NCBI RefSeq assembly: GCF_001194135.2
Contig: NC_068982.1
Coordinates: 50,344,496 to 50,408,495, forward strand
Reading direction: 5' to 3'
Source of the DNA: Octopus bimaculoides
Taxonomy: Eukaryota
Length of the DNA: 64,000 nucleotides
The position numbers and the translations under genes were made by a program. The notes beneath the pieces were generated by a model, which was given only the letters and a program-made list of their open reading frames with translations, was not told the origin of the DNA and did not search any database. Below, piece by piece: positions 37,351 to 48,410 of this stretch. How positions within the stretch are numbered: the stretch's first letter is position 1; each line of letters begins with the position of its first letter.

Positions 37351-38809
37351 GATTTTTTTTTTGCTTTTCATTTTTATTATCACCTTTTATCTCGTATTTT
37401 GAATTTTCTAATAATTCTTAGTAGTTTTTGCACTATTTTACTCAGATAGAATGTTAACCTTAGAAATACTACATTATTTAACAAATCCTATCTTGTTCTG
37501 TTTGTTTCTGTGGTGATAGTATTTTGTACTAAAAGAAGAGAATAACAGTGGAATTTGAGTGACAAAACTGATTATTCATATTCAGACTATGTTAGTTTAT
37601 GCCCTTGTCAGTTATCAGCAATAATTAACTAAGATTTGTTGCCACAAAGCATATAATCAGGACAAAATAGTATCAAAAATATATACATAAATACAGTGTA
37701 GAGATGGGGCTGGGTTCCCTGAGAAAATCTGCACTTTGCCTGCTGCAAGGCATCAATTGTCAAGTGATCAATCTTAATTCACACCAGATACATCATAATA
37801 ACAGGGACTATAAAAGCATTATTGCTTTATTTGATTTTTTTTTCTCCCTTTCCCTTCCTCTTAGCTATCAGTTCTTCCTCATGTGAGAAGCTTGGTCATA
37901 CTGGGAGTCAGTGAAACGAGGCTCTCTCAAACTTTCTGTTAACCTCTTATATAATTTTACTTATTACTGCTTCACTCTTAGTCTAACCTTTCACAAACTG
38001 ACTGACCCTTTTCTTCCTGCTTAGATAAATTAAGAGACTGTAGTTTATCATCTGTATATTCTTTAAAAAAAAAAAAAAAAAAAAAAAAGAAAAGAAAGAA
38101 AAAAAGGAATATTTTGTTTTTATGTACTATTAGTTAGGTATGTGTACTTTATACAAAAACAAATTAGACATTAATGTATGGGGGCATATGTTTTCATTTA
38201 AGATGTCCATATGTTGCGACCTTTTTTCGCTCCTAATGCACTAATTATGGAGTAGTTCTTCTCCCTTATTAAGTCTGCTTAATGAGTGTTATCTGTTATT
38301 TCTAAATTACGATGCTTGCCTAAAATGAGTTTGTTGATAATAAGCAGTTTTGTTAAATATATAACACACTTTGTTCACTTGCAATAATTTTTTCCTCATT
38401 TTACACACACACACACCAATGGTTTTTGTAAAATGAAACAATATACAAAATGTGGGATTTCATATTTTTACTTATTGTTTATTTTTGCTATTCAATTTGT
38501 TTTCTAATACCAACTTTGTGTATGTACATGTGTGTGTGCAATAGCATATATTTTAACAAGATTTGAATTCAATTAACCAGAAGCTTGTATGCACACACAT
38601 ACACAACACACACACACATCATATGTAACTTGTATTCCTACAAGTTCTCACTTTTAAGGTATGCATCCTTATTTTCTTAACCACAACTAAGTAAGGTCTT
38701 ACTGACTGATAATGTAATAAAGTGCTCCGCTTGTTATCGCTCATTAGATTTATTTATGATATGAACTTGGACACTGCCCATAAATATAATAGAGAGAGAA
38801 ATAGATATA

Positions 38810-38833
38810 TATATATGTGTGTGTGTGTGTGTG

Positions 38834-38877
<44 letters not shown>

Positions 38878-38892
38878 AATATATATACACAC

Positions 38893-38923
<31 letters not shown>

Positions 38924-38925
38924 AA
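38810..38925. repeat. compound TA/TG/GA microsatellite
   Basis: Directly visible. Confidence 0.95.
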
Positions 38926-40009
38926 CTGTTATAATTACTGATGCCAAGGTTTAGGTAATGTTATAAAAAAAAAGTTTTTGAAAAGTGTCATGATAATAAT
39001 GAATAGTGCTCTCATTTTCAGGAAACTTTTATGAGAATTTTGTGACCCATGGATATTTCTCTACCCTGCTCCCTCTTCTTGAAAATCATTTTCAGATGTA
39101 ATGCTCCAGAAAAGGTTAAAGTAAAATAGGGCAAAAAAAAAAAATTCTTTAATAAAAAAGAAAAAAAAAAGCATGCTCAGGAACTTCTAAACCAATTTAT
39201 TTTTGTATTCCTTATGTAATACTTTTCTATTTGTCTTCCCACATCATGAGTATTTGCTTTAGCTCTAATTATTTTTCTTTTCAGAATCCCTCTCATGTAT
39301 AAAAAAATATTTACTTGTGTTTTCAACAGTTATTGTTGTTGGTAGTTATCTCTACGACCATCCAGATTTAAACATTGCTGTATTCATTCATTGTGTAATG
39401 AAGGGTACTTTTTGAAATGTGTTTTGTTTTTGTCAGATAACAGATAGTGTGATTTGAAGGAGATTTTTCTCTTTCTGGCAAATTTCAAAGATTTTGTTTT
39501 GGGCTTTATTTAACATCTTCATCATTTAATGTCCACACTTTTCCATGCTTGCATAAGCCAGTTGGATGCCTTTCTTGCCTCCAATCCTCACCTGTTTCCA
39601 GCAAGGTGAAATGGCCAAACATGCTTTTGTGGAAGACTGGAAGCAAACAGCCTCACTTTTATGATGATGATGATGTTCATTTACAACCATCATGTAATGT
39701 CAAAACAAGGTTACACACATAAACATATAATGCCTGAGAGACCTGCATGGTGTGGATGTAACTGTCTTCAAAACAAAACTGGATTTCCTCCTGTCAAGGG
39801 TTCCACGTGAGCCTACCTCATGGCAGGAAACAGATGAGGGCAGCAGCATCAAATTCCCTTATTCACCAAATGTCACATATCAGAGGAGGTTTCAAATATT
39901 GGTGTAGCACAACCAGTGGTGGTGCCCCAGCATAACTACAGCTTTGAAGCTGAAACAATTTAAAGGGTTAAAGATTTATATATGTGTATGTTTGTGTGTG
40001 TGACAGTTT

Positions 40010-40165
40010 CTTTCAGTTTCCATCTATCAAATCCACTCATAAGCTTTTGGTCAGCCTGGAACTTTAATCAAAGACACTTGTTCAAGGTGCCATACTCTGG
40101 GAGTGAACCCAAAACCACGTATTTGGAAAGTAAGCTTCTCAACTACACAACTATAGCTGTACCTA
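40010..40165 (-). mobile_element. SINE family A, 5' half, decayed
   Basis: CTTTCAGTTTCCATCTATCAAATCCACTCA...GACACTTG..AAGGTGCC. Confidence 0.7.
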
Positions 40166-40194
40166 TATGTGTGTGTGTGTGTGCGTGTGTGTAT

Positions 40195-40400
40195 GGTGCC
40201 ACGTAAACACCCATACAGTACTACATGAAAGCACTCAGCTCACTCTGTAAAGTTGGTATTAAGAAGGGCATCCTGCTGTAGAAACCATGCCAAATCAGAC
40301 TGGAATCTGGTGCAGCTCCCCAGCTTACCAGCTCTGGTCAAACTGTCTAACCCATACCAACATGGACAACAGATGTTAAATGATGATGACGACGATGATG
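40195..40400 (+). mobile_element. family E element
   Basis: AAGAAGGGCATCCTGCTGTAGAAACC...AACCCATACCAACATGGA..GTTAAA(TGA)n. Confidence 0.75.
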
Positions 40401-41439
40401 AGATATATATTGGAGATATCTGCTTAAAATGTTTGACTTTATCATTGAGAATATATCAACCAAATAAACATGTGTCATTTCAAAATGATATAGGTAGATG
40501 CAGACAGCTATGTGCTTAAGAAGTTTACTTTACTACATGGTTCTAAATTTGATCTCATGGTATGGCATCTTGGACAAGTATCTTCTATTGTAGCCTTTAG
40601 TTAAGGAAGGTTTTGTAGGTGGAATTTGGTAGACAGAAACTGTGAAAACCTATCATTTTGTGTGTATGCATGTCTGTTTTTGTATATATTGTAATAAAAT
40701 ACTGACGTTAAGTTGCATCCTTTTATGCCAGAAGTTAACTTAGCCATTCAATAAAATAGGTACAGTGAGTGAGGAGTCTGTATTTTATTTCACCTGATAT
40801 AATATAATCACTTTAATGATGCTTTTGTGATTATTTTCATTTCACCAACTTTTGATGCTTGAAGACAAGTTACTGAGAGCAGCAAAGAATTCTTCTAACT
40901 TGTATCAGTCAGTTGTGATTTCCTGTTGTTTTTCTCAGTTTCATGAATGGAAAGTGTTTGTTCACATCAGTACATTGTTGTTAAATGACAGATATGACTA
41001 TGGGCAAATTTTCTTGGTTCAGAAAAATGTTTATAGAACCTGTGATCACCAGAAATTAATCATGTCAGCAACATTTGGAACCGAGAGAAAAACCTCATTA
41101 AATCCCATTTTCAATAATGAACTTGTTTGCAAGTCAATAAATTCAATTTGTATGCTACCAGGCAGCATTTCATGAATTTTGTTCACTAAGTGAAAATGGA
41201 TTTTAAACACAAGTATGTGTTGTCTTTTGTAGTAATTCACAAAAGGGATTTTTGAATGCATCTTCCCAATAACCTGATTTTTTGCAACATGTTTTGTAAA
41301 ATTACTATTATCCTAGCACATTCACCTTGCTCTTCTTTTAAGTGAAGAAGCTGGTTCAATTCCTTTATTTTCTAGCTAAGTGATGACCAGTTTTAATATC
41401 ATCATCCAAACCTTTGCCAATTTGCTGTGCTTGAGAAGA

Positions 41440-41665
41440 CTCATCAGTCAGTGCCAGTGACAATCTCACCATGCTGGTGACACATAAAAGGCACCCACTA
41501 CACTCTTGGAGTGGTTGGTGTTAGGAAAGATATCCAGCCATAGAAACCAAGGCAAATCAGACCGAAGCCTGGCACAGCTCTTCGGCTTACCAGTCCCAGT
41601 CAAACTGTCTAGCTTCTGCCAGCATGGAAAATGGATGTTAAATGATGTTGACAATGATGATGACT
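41440..41665 (+). mobile_element. family E element
   Basis: GCACCCACTACACTCTTGGAGTGGTTGG...GCCAGCATGGAAAATGGATGTTAAATGATG. Confidence 0.8.
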
Positions 41666-42229
41666 ATCATCTATTAACTTGGGAAACAATTTGTTCTTGC
41701 TCTGCAATTTCAAATTTTAGATCATGGAGATGGCTGGTAGCATAAACAAAAACTGCTAAACCAAATTGCTGATTGTTATCCATTTCTTCTAATAAATTTT
41801 CTTCTAATAAAAAATTTACAAACATACATTTCTTTCAGTTTACCAAATCTACTCAGGGGGGCAGATAACAAAGTGTTGCCTTACTCCACAACCAGTGAAC
41901 TAATGTAACACTCTTCATTCAGATTTTAAGAACTCTAGAGGATTTGTGCAGTTCCAAGCAACAGTTTTCTATAGATGCTTTATCTTCACATTTACTCTTA
42001 TTTTCATTATCTTTACATTTACTCCTATCTAATATTATTATTGTTATTTTGCTGAACTCCCTATTATCAGTTTGCTGCTCAGGTATTATAGGCATAAATG
42101 ATTCTTTTCATAAAAAAAGTAGATGGTATAATTTTGTCAGGTCTATAAGAATTAATTTTTAAAAATGGAGGAGTGTACAATTTTCTTATTGTATCTGTTT
42201 TTATTTAGGTGTGTAATATTTCACATCAT

Positions 42230-42410
42230 CATCATTGTTTAATGTCTGCCTTCAATGCTGACATGGGTTGGACAGTTTGACAAGAGCCAACCAGGTAGAA
42301 GACTACACCAGGCTTCTGTATCTGTTTTGGCATGGTTTTTACCGCTAGATGCTCTTCTTAACACTAACCACCCCACTGAGTGGACTGAATGCTTTTTACA
42401 TGGCACCAGC
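42230..42410 (-). mobile_element. family E element
   Basis: Reverse-complement tail CATCATCATTGTTTAATGT..GCTGACATGGGTTGGACAGTTTGA. Confidence 0.75.
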
Positions 42411-43129
42411 CATCTATTATTGCAAAAATAAACATATACATTGGTTTGTTTCTAGAAATATTTTGTTTTAGTCTGTACAACCTATATGAAAATTGGCAAC
42501 TTATTAATCAACTAATAACTCTACTTTGCAGTTTCAATTTTCTTCTTAAAAAAAAGAAGCCTTTCAGTAATTGTATAGGTCATCTTCTTTTCAGTAATTC
42601 CATTCTGTCATCAGTGTTCCAGTAGTCATTCTTTGTTTCTGATTCACACTTTTTCCACAATTCTTTCCATTTTATCTCCTACATTTTCTGTCTGTAGAAT
42701 TCAAAATCTCAAATCTGACAGCCAATCCATCAAAGCAACATTTTTCTCTTCAAATCATCTTTACTAGTCTTGGCAGCTTGATAGTTGTTGCCTTTATCCA
42801 TGAAGAATCTTAACACTTCTTTTTTACTTTTCTTATCTTCTCTTTTCATTCAGTCTGAGATATTTTGATGATTGAGCATCTGTGTGTATTGCTTTTCATA
42901 GTTCAGTAAATATTCATTTTGTGATATACATAGCACTATTCTAAAACGGTCAGTAAAATGACTTATCAAGCCCATTTAAAAAAAGAAAAGAAAAAAATTA
43001 TGAAAATAAACAAGGCCATTCTAATTTTAGATTTCCAAAAATCTTTGAGGATACTTAAAAATATTTATATATTCCTAAACATTCAATTTGAAGAAGCCAA
43101 CTGAGTGAAGACCTAGGGGAAGACCATAA

Positions 43130-43460
43130 ACAAGATGGTCAGGTAAAACTGGTAGTTTCAGTCACTGAAAGAAGCTCACCCTGTATGTATATGTCTATAT
43201 CTATGTATGTATGTGTACGTTACTGTCTCCTTGCCTTGACATCATATTATAGTTGTAAATGAATGTCACCATCGCACCAGCAGTGTCTTTTGTTTCCAAT
43301 CTTTCATGAAAACATGTCTAACCACAGGGAAATATCAACTTACTTGGAAATGGGTGGGAGTTGATGACAAGAGAGGTATCCAGCTGTAGAAAATCTACCT
43401 CAGCAGATTCCATCCAACCCAGGTGAACATAGAAAAGTGGACATTAAAACAATGATAGTG
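43130..43460 (+). mobile_element. composite SINE fragment with family-E tail
   Basis: GGTATCCAGCTGTAGAAAATCT..CCAACCCA..GAAAAGTGGACATTAAA. Confidence 0.55.
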
Positions 43461-43901
43461 TGCTTGTGTGTGTGTGTGTGTGTGTGTGCGAATGCTTATA
43501 GTCTGCACTGAGCTATCTCTCTGCATGTTGAATCTCTGTTTGCAGCTCAGTGACGAATGGTGACATCACTGTTTGTGGGTGGGCTGCAACTTGTGACAAT
43601 TGTTAAAATATCCTGTCAACAGATCGTCTGCTCACTCTGTACTTGCAAATTCTTCTGGACTGAAACAGCCCTTGCTTGAAAAACAAGTAATGGTTGACAA
43701 GAAGAAGAGCATCTGTCTGTAAAAATTCAGCTTCTATTACTTCAGCTTCTAAAGCAGTGCTAACATGGAGAAAAACTAGCATTAACTGAATGAATGAACA
43801 ATTTCAAAGAAAATTAGCAAAGAAAGAGAGAAAAGAGCTAAATTATGAGATTTTAACTTACCAAACAAATTTTCAATAAATCTAGTTGTAACAAAAATAA
43901 A

Positions 43902-44143
43902 AATAGTGTACATTATTTACATTTAACAGATATTTGTCCTCATCTTGTTTGTTGTTAACACAATGTTTTGGCTGATATACCCTCCAGCCTTCTTCAGGTG
44001 TCATGGGGAAATTTCGAACCTGGGTTCTCATTCCTAAGGTATTTTTCGATGTTATTATTATTATTGTTCAAGTCACTGCTTGGAATTGAACTCGGAATCT
44101 TAGGGTTAGTAGTCCATGCTCTTAATCACTACACCATATGCCC
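43902..44143 (-). mobile_element. tRNA-headed SINE with Penelope-type hammerhead-motif body
   Basis: Head GGGCATATGGTGTAGTGATTAAGAGC..GAGTTCAATTCC (A and B boxes), an (AAT)n spacer, then GACAC-CTGAAGA-A-GGCTG..CAGCC-AAAA-CATT-GTGTT. Confidence 0.75.
43957..44002 (-). ncRNA. decayed minimal type I hammerhead ribozyme motif
   Basis: Stem I GACAC/GTGTT, CUGAAGA, stem II GGCUG/CAGCC. The core reads AAAA-CAUU where GAAA-CGUU is expected (two CpG-type changes). Confidence 0.55.
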
Positions 44144-44145
44144 AT

Positions 44146-44295
44146 GGGCATATGGCATGGTGGTTTGAAATTTCCCAGGTTTGAAATTTCCCCAAGACAC
44201 CTGAAGAAGGCTGGAGGGTATATCAGCCTGAATGTTGTGTTAACAACAAACAAATGAGGACAATTATCCATCGAATGTAAATAATGTACACTATT
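44146..44295 (+). mobile_element. second, internally deleted copy of the tRNA-hammerhead SINE, head-to-head with the first
   Basis: Starts GGGCATATGGCATGGTGGTT, then jumps to the body; 44174-44295 is the inverted copy of 43902-44024. Confidence 0.75.
44196..44241 (+). ncRNA. decayed minimal type I hammerhead ribozyme motif
   Basis: GACAC CTGAAGA A GGCTG gagggtatat CAGCC TGAA TGTT GTGTT; GAAA core mutated. Confidence 0.5.
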
Positions 44296-44687
44296 ATTAT
44301 TGTTGTCATCATCATCATCGTTGTTGTTGTTAGTATTATTGTAATATACATTCTGGTAATTGAAAACACTAATTAAGAATTGAAAAAGCAACCCTTATTT
44401 TTCAAGGCATGAAAGAAATTTACAAAATTAAAGAATCTGTCTAACACAATCTTTAGTTTTATAAGTCAATAGATAAGTTATAGTTCAGTGTTTTGCTTAT
44501 GGTTTGTAGAATTAACTGACTTTTCACCAAATGTCTGTTAAACTGATTCTCAAGACATTTATTTTACTCAATATCTCATTCATCTTCATCTGATAGTCTT
44601 TTTAATTTTGGTTATGTCCTTGTGTTTTTTTCTTATTGTTGTTATATTTAATTGATTTCAGGACAAAATGATTGATTGCAACTTGTC

Positions 44688-44734
<47 letters not shown>

Positions 44735-44816
44735 ACAAAAACAAAATAGAAACTACATGTGGAAATGTAAGGGGAAAGTAAGAAGAAAAATAAGTGAAAA
44801 TGCACACACACACACA

Positions 44817-44855
<39 letters not shown>

Positions 44856-44954
44856 AAGTAACACCTATGCTTAAAGATAGGTTTTTGCAAGACAAATATC
44901 AAAGTGGTCCATGCTATTTGAAATAGTTTCTTTTTCTTCTCTTTTTTGCTCTCT

Positions 44955-45310
44955 AATTTACAGTTGCAAATATGGCTGTACAGTTAAGAAGCTCTCTTTG
45001 GGACCATATGGTTTCAGGTTCAGTCTCATTGCAGGGCACCTTGGGCAAGTGTCTTGTAGTATAGCTCCAATCCAGCCCTACCAAAGCCTTGTGAGTGAAT
45101 TTGGCTGACAGAAACTGTATGGAGAAACGGTGTGCATGCTTGTGTGTGTGTGTGTGTTTCTGCTTATATTTATTCTCCCATACCACTTGACAACCGGTGT
45201 TGGTTTGCTTATGTTGGCAAAAAGGACCAATTAAATACAGTACCAGGCTTTAAAAAAAAACATTTTTTAAGTATTGGGGTCAATGACTGGAATAAGTATA
45301 AGGTAAAAAG
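44955..45310 (+). mobile_element. SINE family A, ending just upstream of the exon 2 polypyrimidine tract
   Basis: TGGCTGTACAGTTAAGAAGC..GGTTCAGTCTC..GGCACCTTGGGCAAGTGTCTT..AAGTATTGGGGTCAA. Confidence 0.8.
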
Positions 45311-45359
45311 ATAAACCTTCTCTTACCTTTTCTGTTTTTTTCTCTTCCTCTCTTTGCAG

Positions 45360-45524
45360 TTTACATTAATTCTGTTCAAGCATTGAACTGCTATGTGTGC
45401 AATTCAACATTGGATGACAACTGCAATGCAAAATTTGAAAAGACTGAGATAAACCCTGTAAAGCCGCAACATTGTAATGTCTACAATGCCAAATATTGCA
45501 TCAAAGTCTATGGAATGTGGGGAG
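45360..45524 (+). CDS. Ly6/uPAR three-finger (quiver/scoloptoxin-05-like) protein, coding exon 2
   Basis: Long polypyrimidine tract plus TTTGCAG acceptor; 165 nt, phase 1/1; donor G|GTAAGT. Encodes YINSVQA LNCYVCNSTLDDNCNAKFEKTEINPVKPQHCNVYNAKYCIKVYGMWG, with the LxCYxC...C...C...C pattern of invertebrate Ly6 proteins. Confidence 0.9.
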
Positions 45525-45569
45525 GTAAGTTCTTGTTTGAAATTTGGCACATACATACATACAGATGAG

Positions 45570-45915
45570 GTGGAGGCGCAATGGCCCAGTGGTTAGGGCA
45601 ACGGACTCGCAGTCATAGGATTGCGATTTCGATTCCCAGATCAGGAGTTGTGAGTGTTTATTGAGCGAAAACACCTAAAGCTCCACAAGGCTCCGGTAGG
45701 GGATGGTGGCGAACCCTGCTGTACTCTTTCACCACAACACTCTCTCACTCTTACTTCCTGTTTCTGTTGTACCTGTAATTCAAAAGGCCAGCCTTGTCAC
45801 ACTGTGTCACGCTGAATATCCCTGAGAACTACGTTAAGAGTACACGTGTCTGTGGAGTGCTCAGCCACTTGCACATTAATTTCACGAGCAGGCTGTTCCG
45901 TTGATTGGATCAACT
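45570..45915 (+). mobile_element. tRNA-derived SINE family C (3' end in gap)
   Basis: GGAGGCGCAATGGCCCAGTGGTTAGGGCA..GATTTCGATTCCCAGA (A and B boxes); near-identical to 59640-60024. Confidence 0.9.
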
Positions 45916-46270
45916 NNNNNNNNNNNNNNNNNNNNNNNNNNNNNNNNNNNNNNNNNNNNNNNNNNNNNNNNNNNNNNNNNNNNNNNNNNNNNNNNNNNNN
46001 NNNNNNNNNNNNNNNNNNNNNNNNNNNNNNNNNNNNNNNNNNNNNNNNNNNNNNNNNNNNNNNNNNNNNNNNNNNNNNNNNNNNNNNNNNNNNNNNNNNN
46101 NNNNNNNNNNNNNNNNNNNNNNNNNNNNNNNNNNNNNNNNNNNNNNNNNNNNNNNNNNNNNNNNNNNNNNNNNNNNNNNNNNNNNNNNNNNNNNNNNNNN
46201 NNNNNNNNNNNNNNNNNNNNNNNNNNNNNNNNNNNNNNNNNNNNNNNNCCTCCACCCAGCCTAGCCTGCA

Positions 46271-46313
46271 TTCAGGGACATGTTTCTGAGTCTTTGCTCG
46301 TCATCAGCCTGAA
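46271..46313 (-). ncRNA. minimal type I hammerhead ribozyme motif (inverted copy)
   Basis: UUCAGG CUGAUGA CGAG caaaga CUCA GAAA CAUGUC CCUGAA; the first stem II pair is C.A. Confidence 0.65.
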
Positions 46314-46787
46314 GTAGCACGACCGGCTAGTTGAAGAAACCTGTTTAACCTTCGTAAGTATATACTATTTCAGTGAAATACATTCACTGGTAACAAAAAT
46401 TAGAAATAATGAATTTCTAAATCTCTCAGAGAGACTTAAGCAGTAGTGATGCGATAAAGTAGTTGTATACTGCCAACTTAACAGGCTAGGCTGGGTGGAG
46501 GAGTTTGTCTCCCCTTCGTAAGGATAAGGGCACAGGAAATGTGCCAAGGCCTAATAGGAAGTGGTCTGGCTTCCTAGGGCTAAACATCAGTAGTATATTC
46601 CCTTATTGGGACTGTCACATTAAGTTGGCAGTATACAACTACTTTATCGCATCACTACTGCTTAAGTCTCTCTGAGTGATTTAGAAATATATTATTTCTA
46701 AATTCTGTAATCAGTGAATGTATTTCACTGAAATAGTATATACTTACGAAGGTTAAACAGATTTCTTCAGCTAGCCAGTCATACTAC

Positions 46788-46830
46788 TTCAGGCTGATGA
46801 TGAGCAAAGACTCAGAAACATGTCCCTGAA
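46788..46830 (+). ncRNA. minimal type I hammerhead ribozyme, intact core, predicted cleavage after C46824
   Basis: Stem I UUCAGG/CCUGAA, CUGAUGA, stem II UGAG-caaaga-CUCA, GAAA, palindromic ACAUGU stem III, GUC triplet. Confidence 0.8.
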
Positions 46831-46997
46831 TGCAGGCTAGGCTGGGTGGAGGAGTTTGTCTCCCCTTCATAAGGATAAGGGCACAGGAAATGTGTCAAGG
46901 CCTAATAGGAAGCGGTCTGGCTTCCTAGGGCTAAACAGCAGTAGTATATTCCCTTATTGGGACTGTCACGTTAAGTTGGCAGTATACAACTACTCTC

Positions 46998-47079
<82 letters not shown>

Positions 47080-47519
47080 TATACACATAAATGTGTGTGT
47101 ATGTCTCAGTTTCTCAAGTTATATGTATTTGTGTGTTACTATACACATTAGATGCTCTGTAGCAATGAATCACCAACTTCGCATGGTTAAACACCAGATC
47201 ATGGATTGAAAGCTTTCCCTTCTGCATGTTTATGCGAACATAACTACATTATATATTTCTCATTTTTTTTGTTTTCTGTTACTGCTGGTTTCAGTCATTC
47301 AAGGCTGGTAGTGCTGTGACAATGATATTGACACCCTAGTATTTTGTTTACTATTTACTTAATTGGCCTCAGAAGAGGACAAAATGCACAGTTGATCATA
47401 TTCATAAAGAAAGGTGAACAAGTTGCATTGAAATGTATCAGGTATTTTCATTTGACACAACAATTTTTGCCATTGTACACATACACTCTCTCTCTCTCTT
47501 TCTCACACACACACATACG

Positions 47520-47553
<34 letters not shown>

Positions 47554-47554
47554 A

Positions 47555-47780
47555 ACTTCACATACATTCACACATGTCAGGCTTCACATACACACACACG
47601 TCAGGCTTCACATACACACACACGTCAGGCTTCACATACACACACACGTCAGGCTTCACTTACACGCACGTCAGGCTTCACACACACGCACGTCAGGCTT
47701 CACACACGCATGCACATCAGGCTTCACGCGCACATACCAGGTTTCATACACATACACACACGTCAGGCTTCATACACATA
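47555..47780. repeat. 24-bp minisatellite (CGTCAGGCTTCACATACACACACA) in a CA-rich tract
   Basis: Three near-perfect units plus about five degenerate units. Confidence 0.85.
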
Positions 47781-47889
47781 CGTTGGATTTCTGCACTGTT
47801 CACTGTTTGAAGAACTGTGTCATGAGCTTCTTAGCCACAGCAGATGAAATGCATGAGGAGAAGATGCCAGTGTTGTTTTCTGGGAAATA

Positions 47890-48100
47890 TTGATTTCAAA
47901 TTTTGGCACAAGGCCAGCAATTCCAGTTCGATGTGGGTAACTCAATTAAATGAACGCCAGTACTCAACTGGTACCTATTTTATTGACTCTGAAAGGATGA
48001 AAGGCAAAGTTCACCATGGCAGAATTTGAAATCAGAACATAACAATGGATGAAATGCTACTAAACATTTTGCCAGGCATGCTAATGATTCTACCAGCTCA
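47890..48100 (-). mobile_element. SINE family B, CpG-decayed
   Basis: CAACTGGTACCTATTTTATTGACTCTGAAAGGATGAAAGGCAAAG..GAATTTGAA. Confidence 0.85.
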
Positions 48101-48234
48101 CTGTCTTCTTTCTTTTTGGGAAATATTGATTGAAGAAAACTGTTACAAATGAAATCTGATAGGTTAAACATCATCAACATTTTCATATCCAATTCTTCCC
48201 TGCTTGCATATTTTTCAGCTTTGTGTCTCAAAAC

Positions 48235-48410
48235 TTTGTAAAGCACCCACTACACTCTTGGAGTGGTTGGCGTTAGGAAGGGCATCCAGCTGTAGAAACA
48301 TTGCCAGATTGGATTGGAGCTTGGTGCAGCTTTCTGGCTCGCCAGCCTTCAGTCAAACCGTCCAACCCATGCCAGCATGGAAAGCGGACATTAAACAATG
48401 ATGATGATGA
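48235..48410 (+). mobile_element. family E element
   Basis: AAAGCACCCACTACACTCTTGGAGTGGTTGGCGTTAGGAAGGGCATCC..CCAACCCATGCCAGCATGGAAAGCGGACATTAAAC(ATG)n. Confidence 0.85.

Larger units (their letters stand above)
46249..46994. mobile_element. hammerhead-bearing 351-bp-unit element (Penelope pLTR / non-LTR retrozyme-like) with tandem and inverted copies
   Basis: Direct repeats 46482-46643 and 46833-46994 (period 351); inverted arms 46249-46481 and 46620-46852; hammerhead motif on both strands. Confidence 0.75.

Noticed and set aside
44065-44143. tRNA-like sequences (also 45570, 59640, 35965) as tRNA genes
   Set aside because: No complete cloverleaf or acceptor stem; they continue into multicopy SINE bodies.
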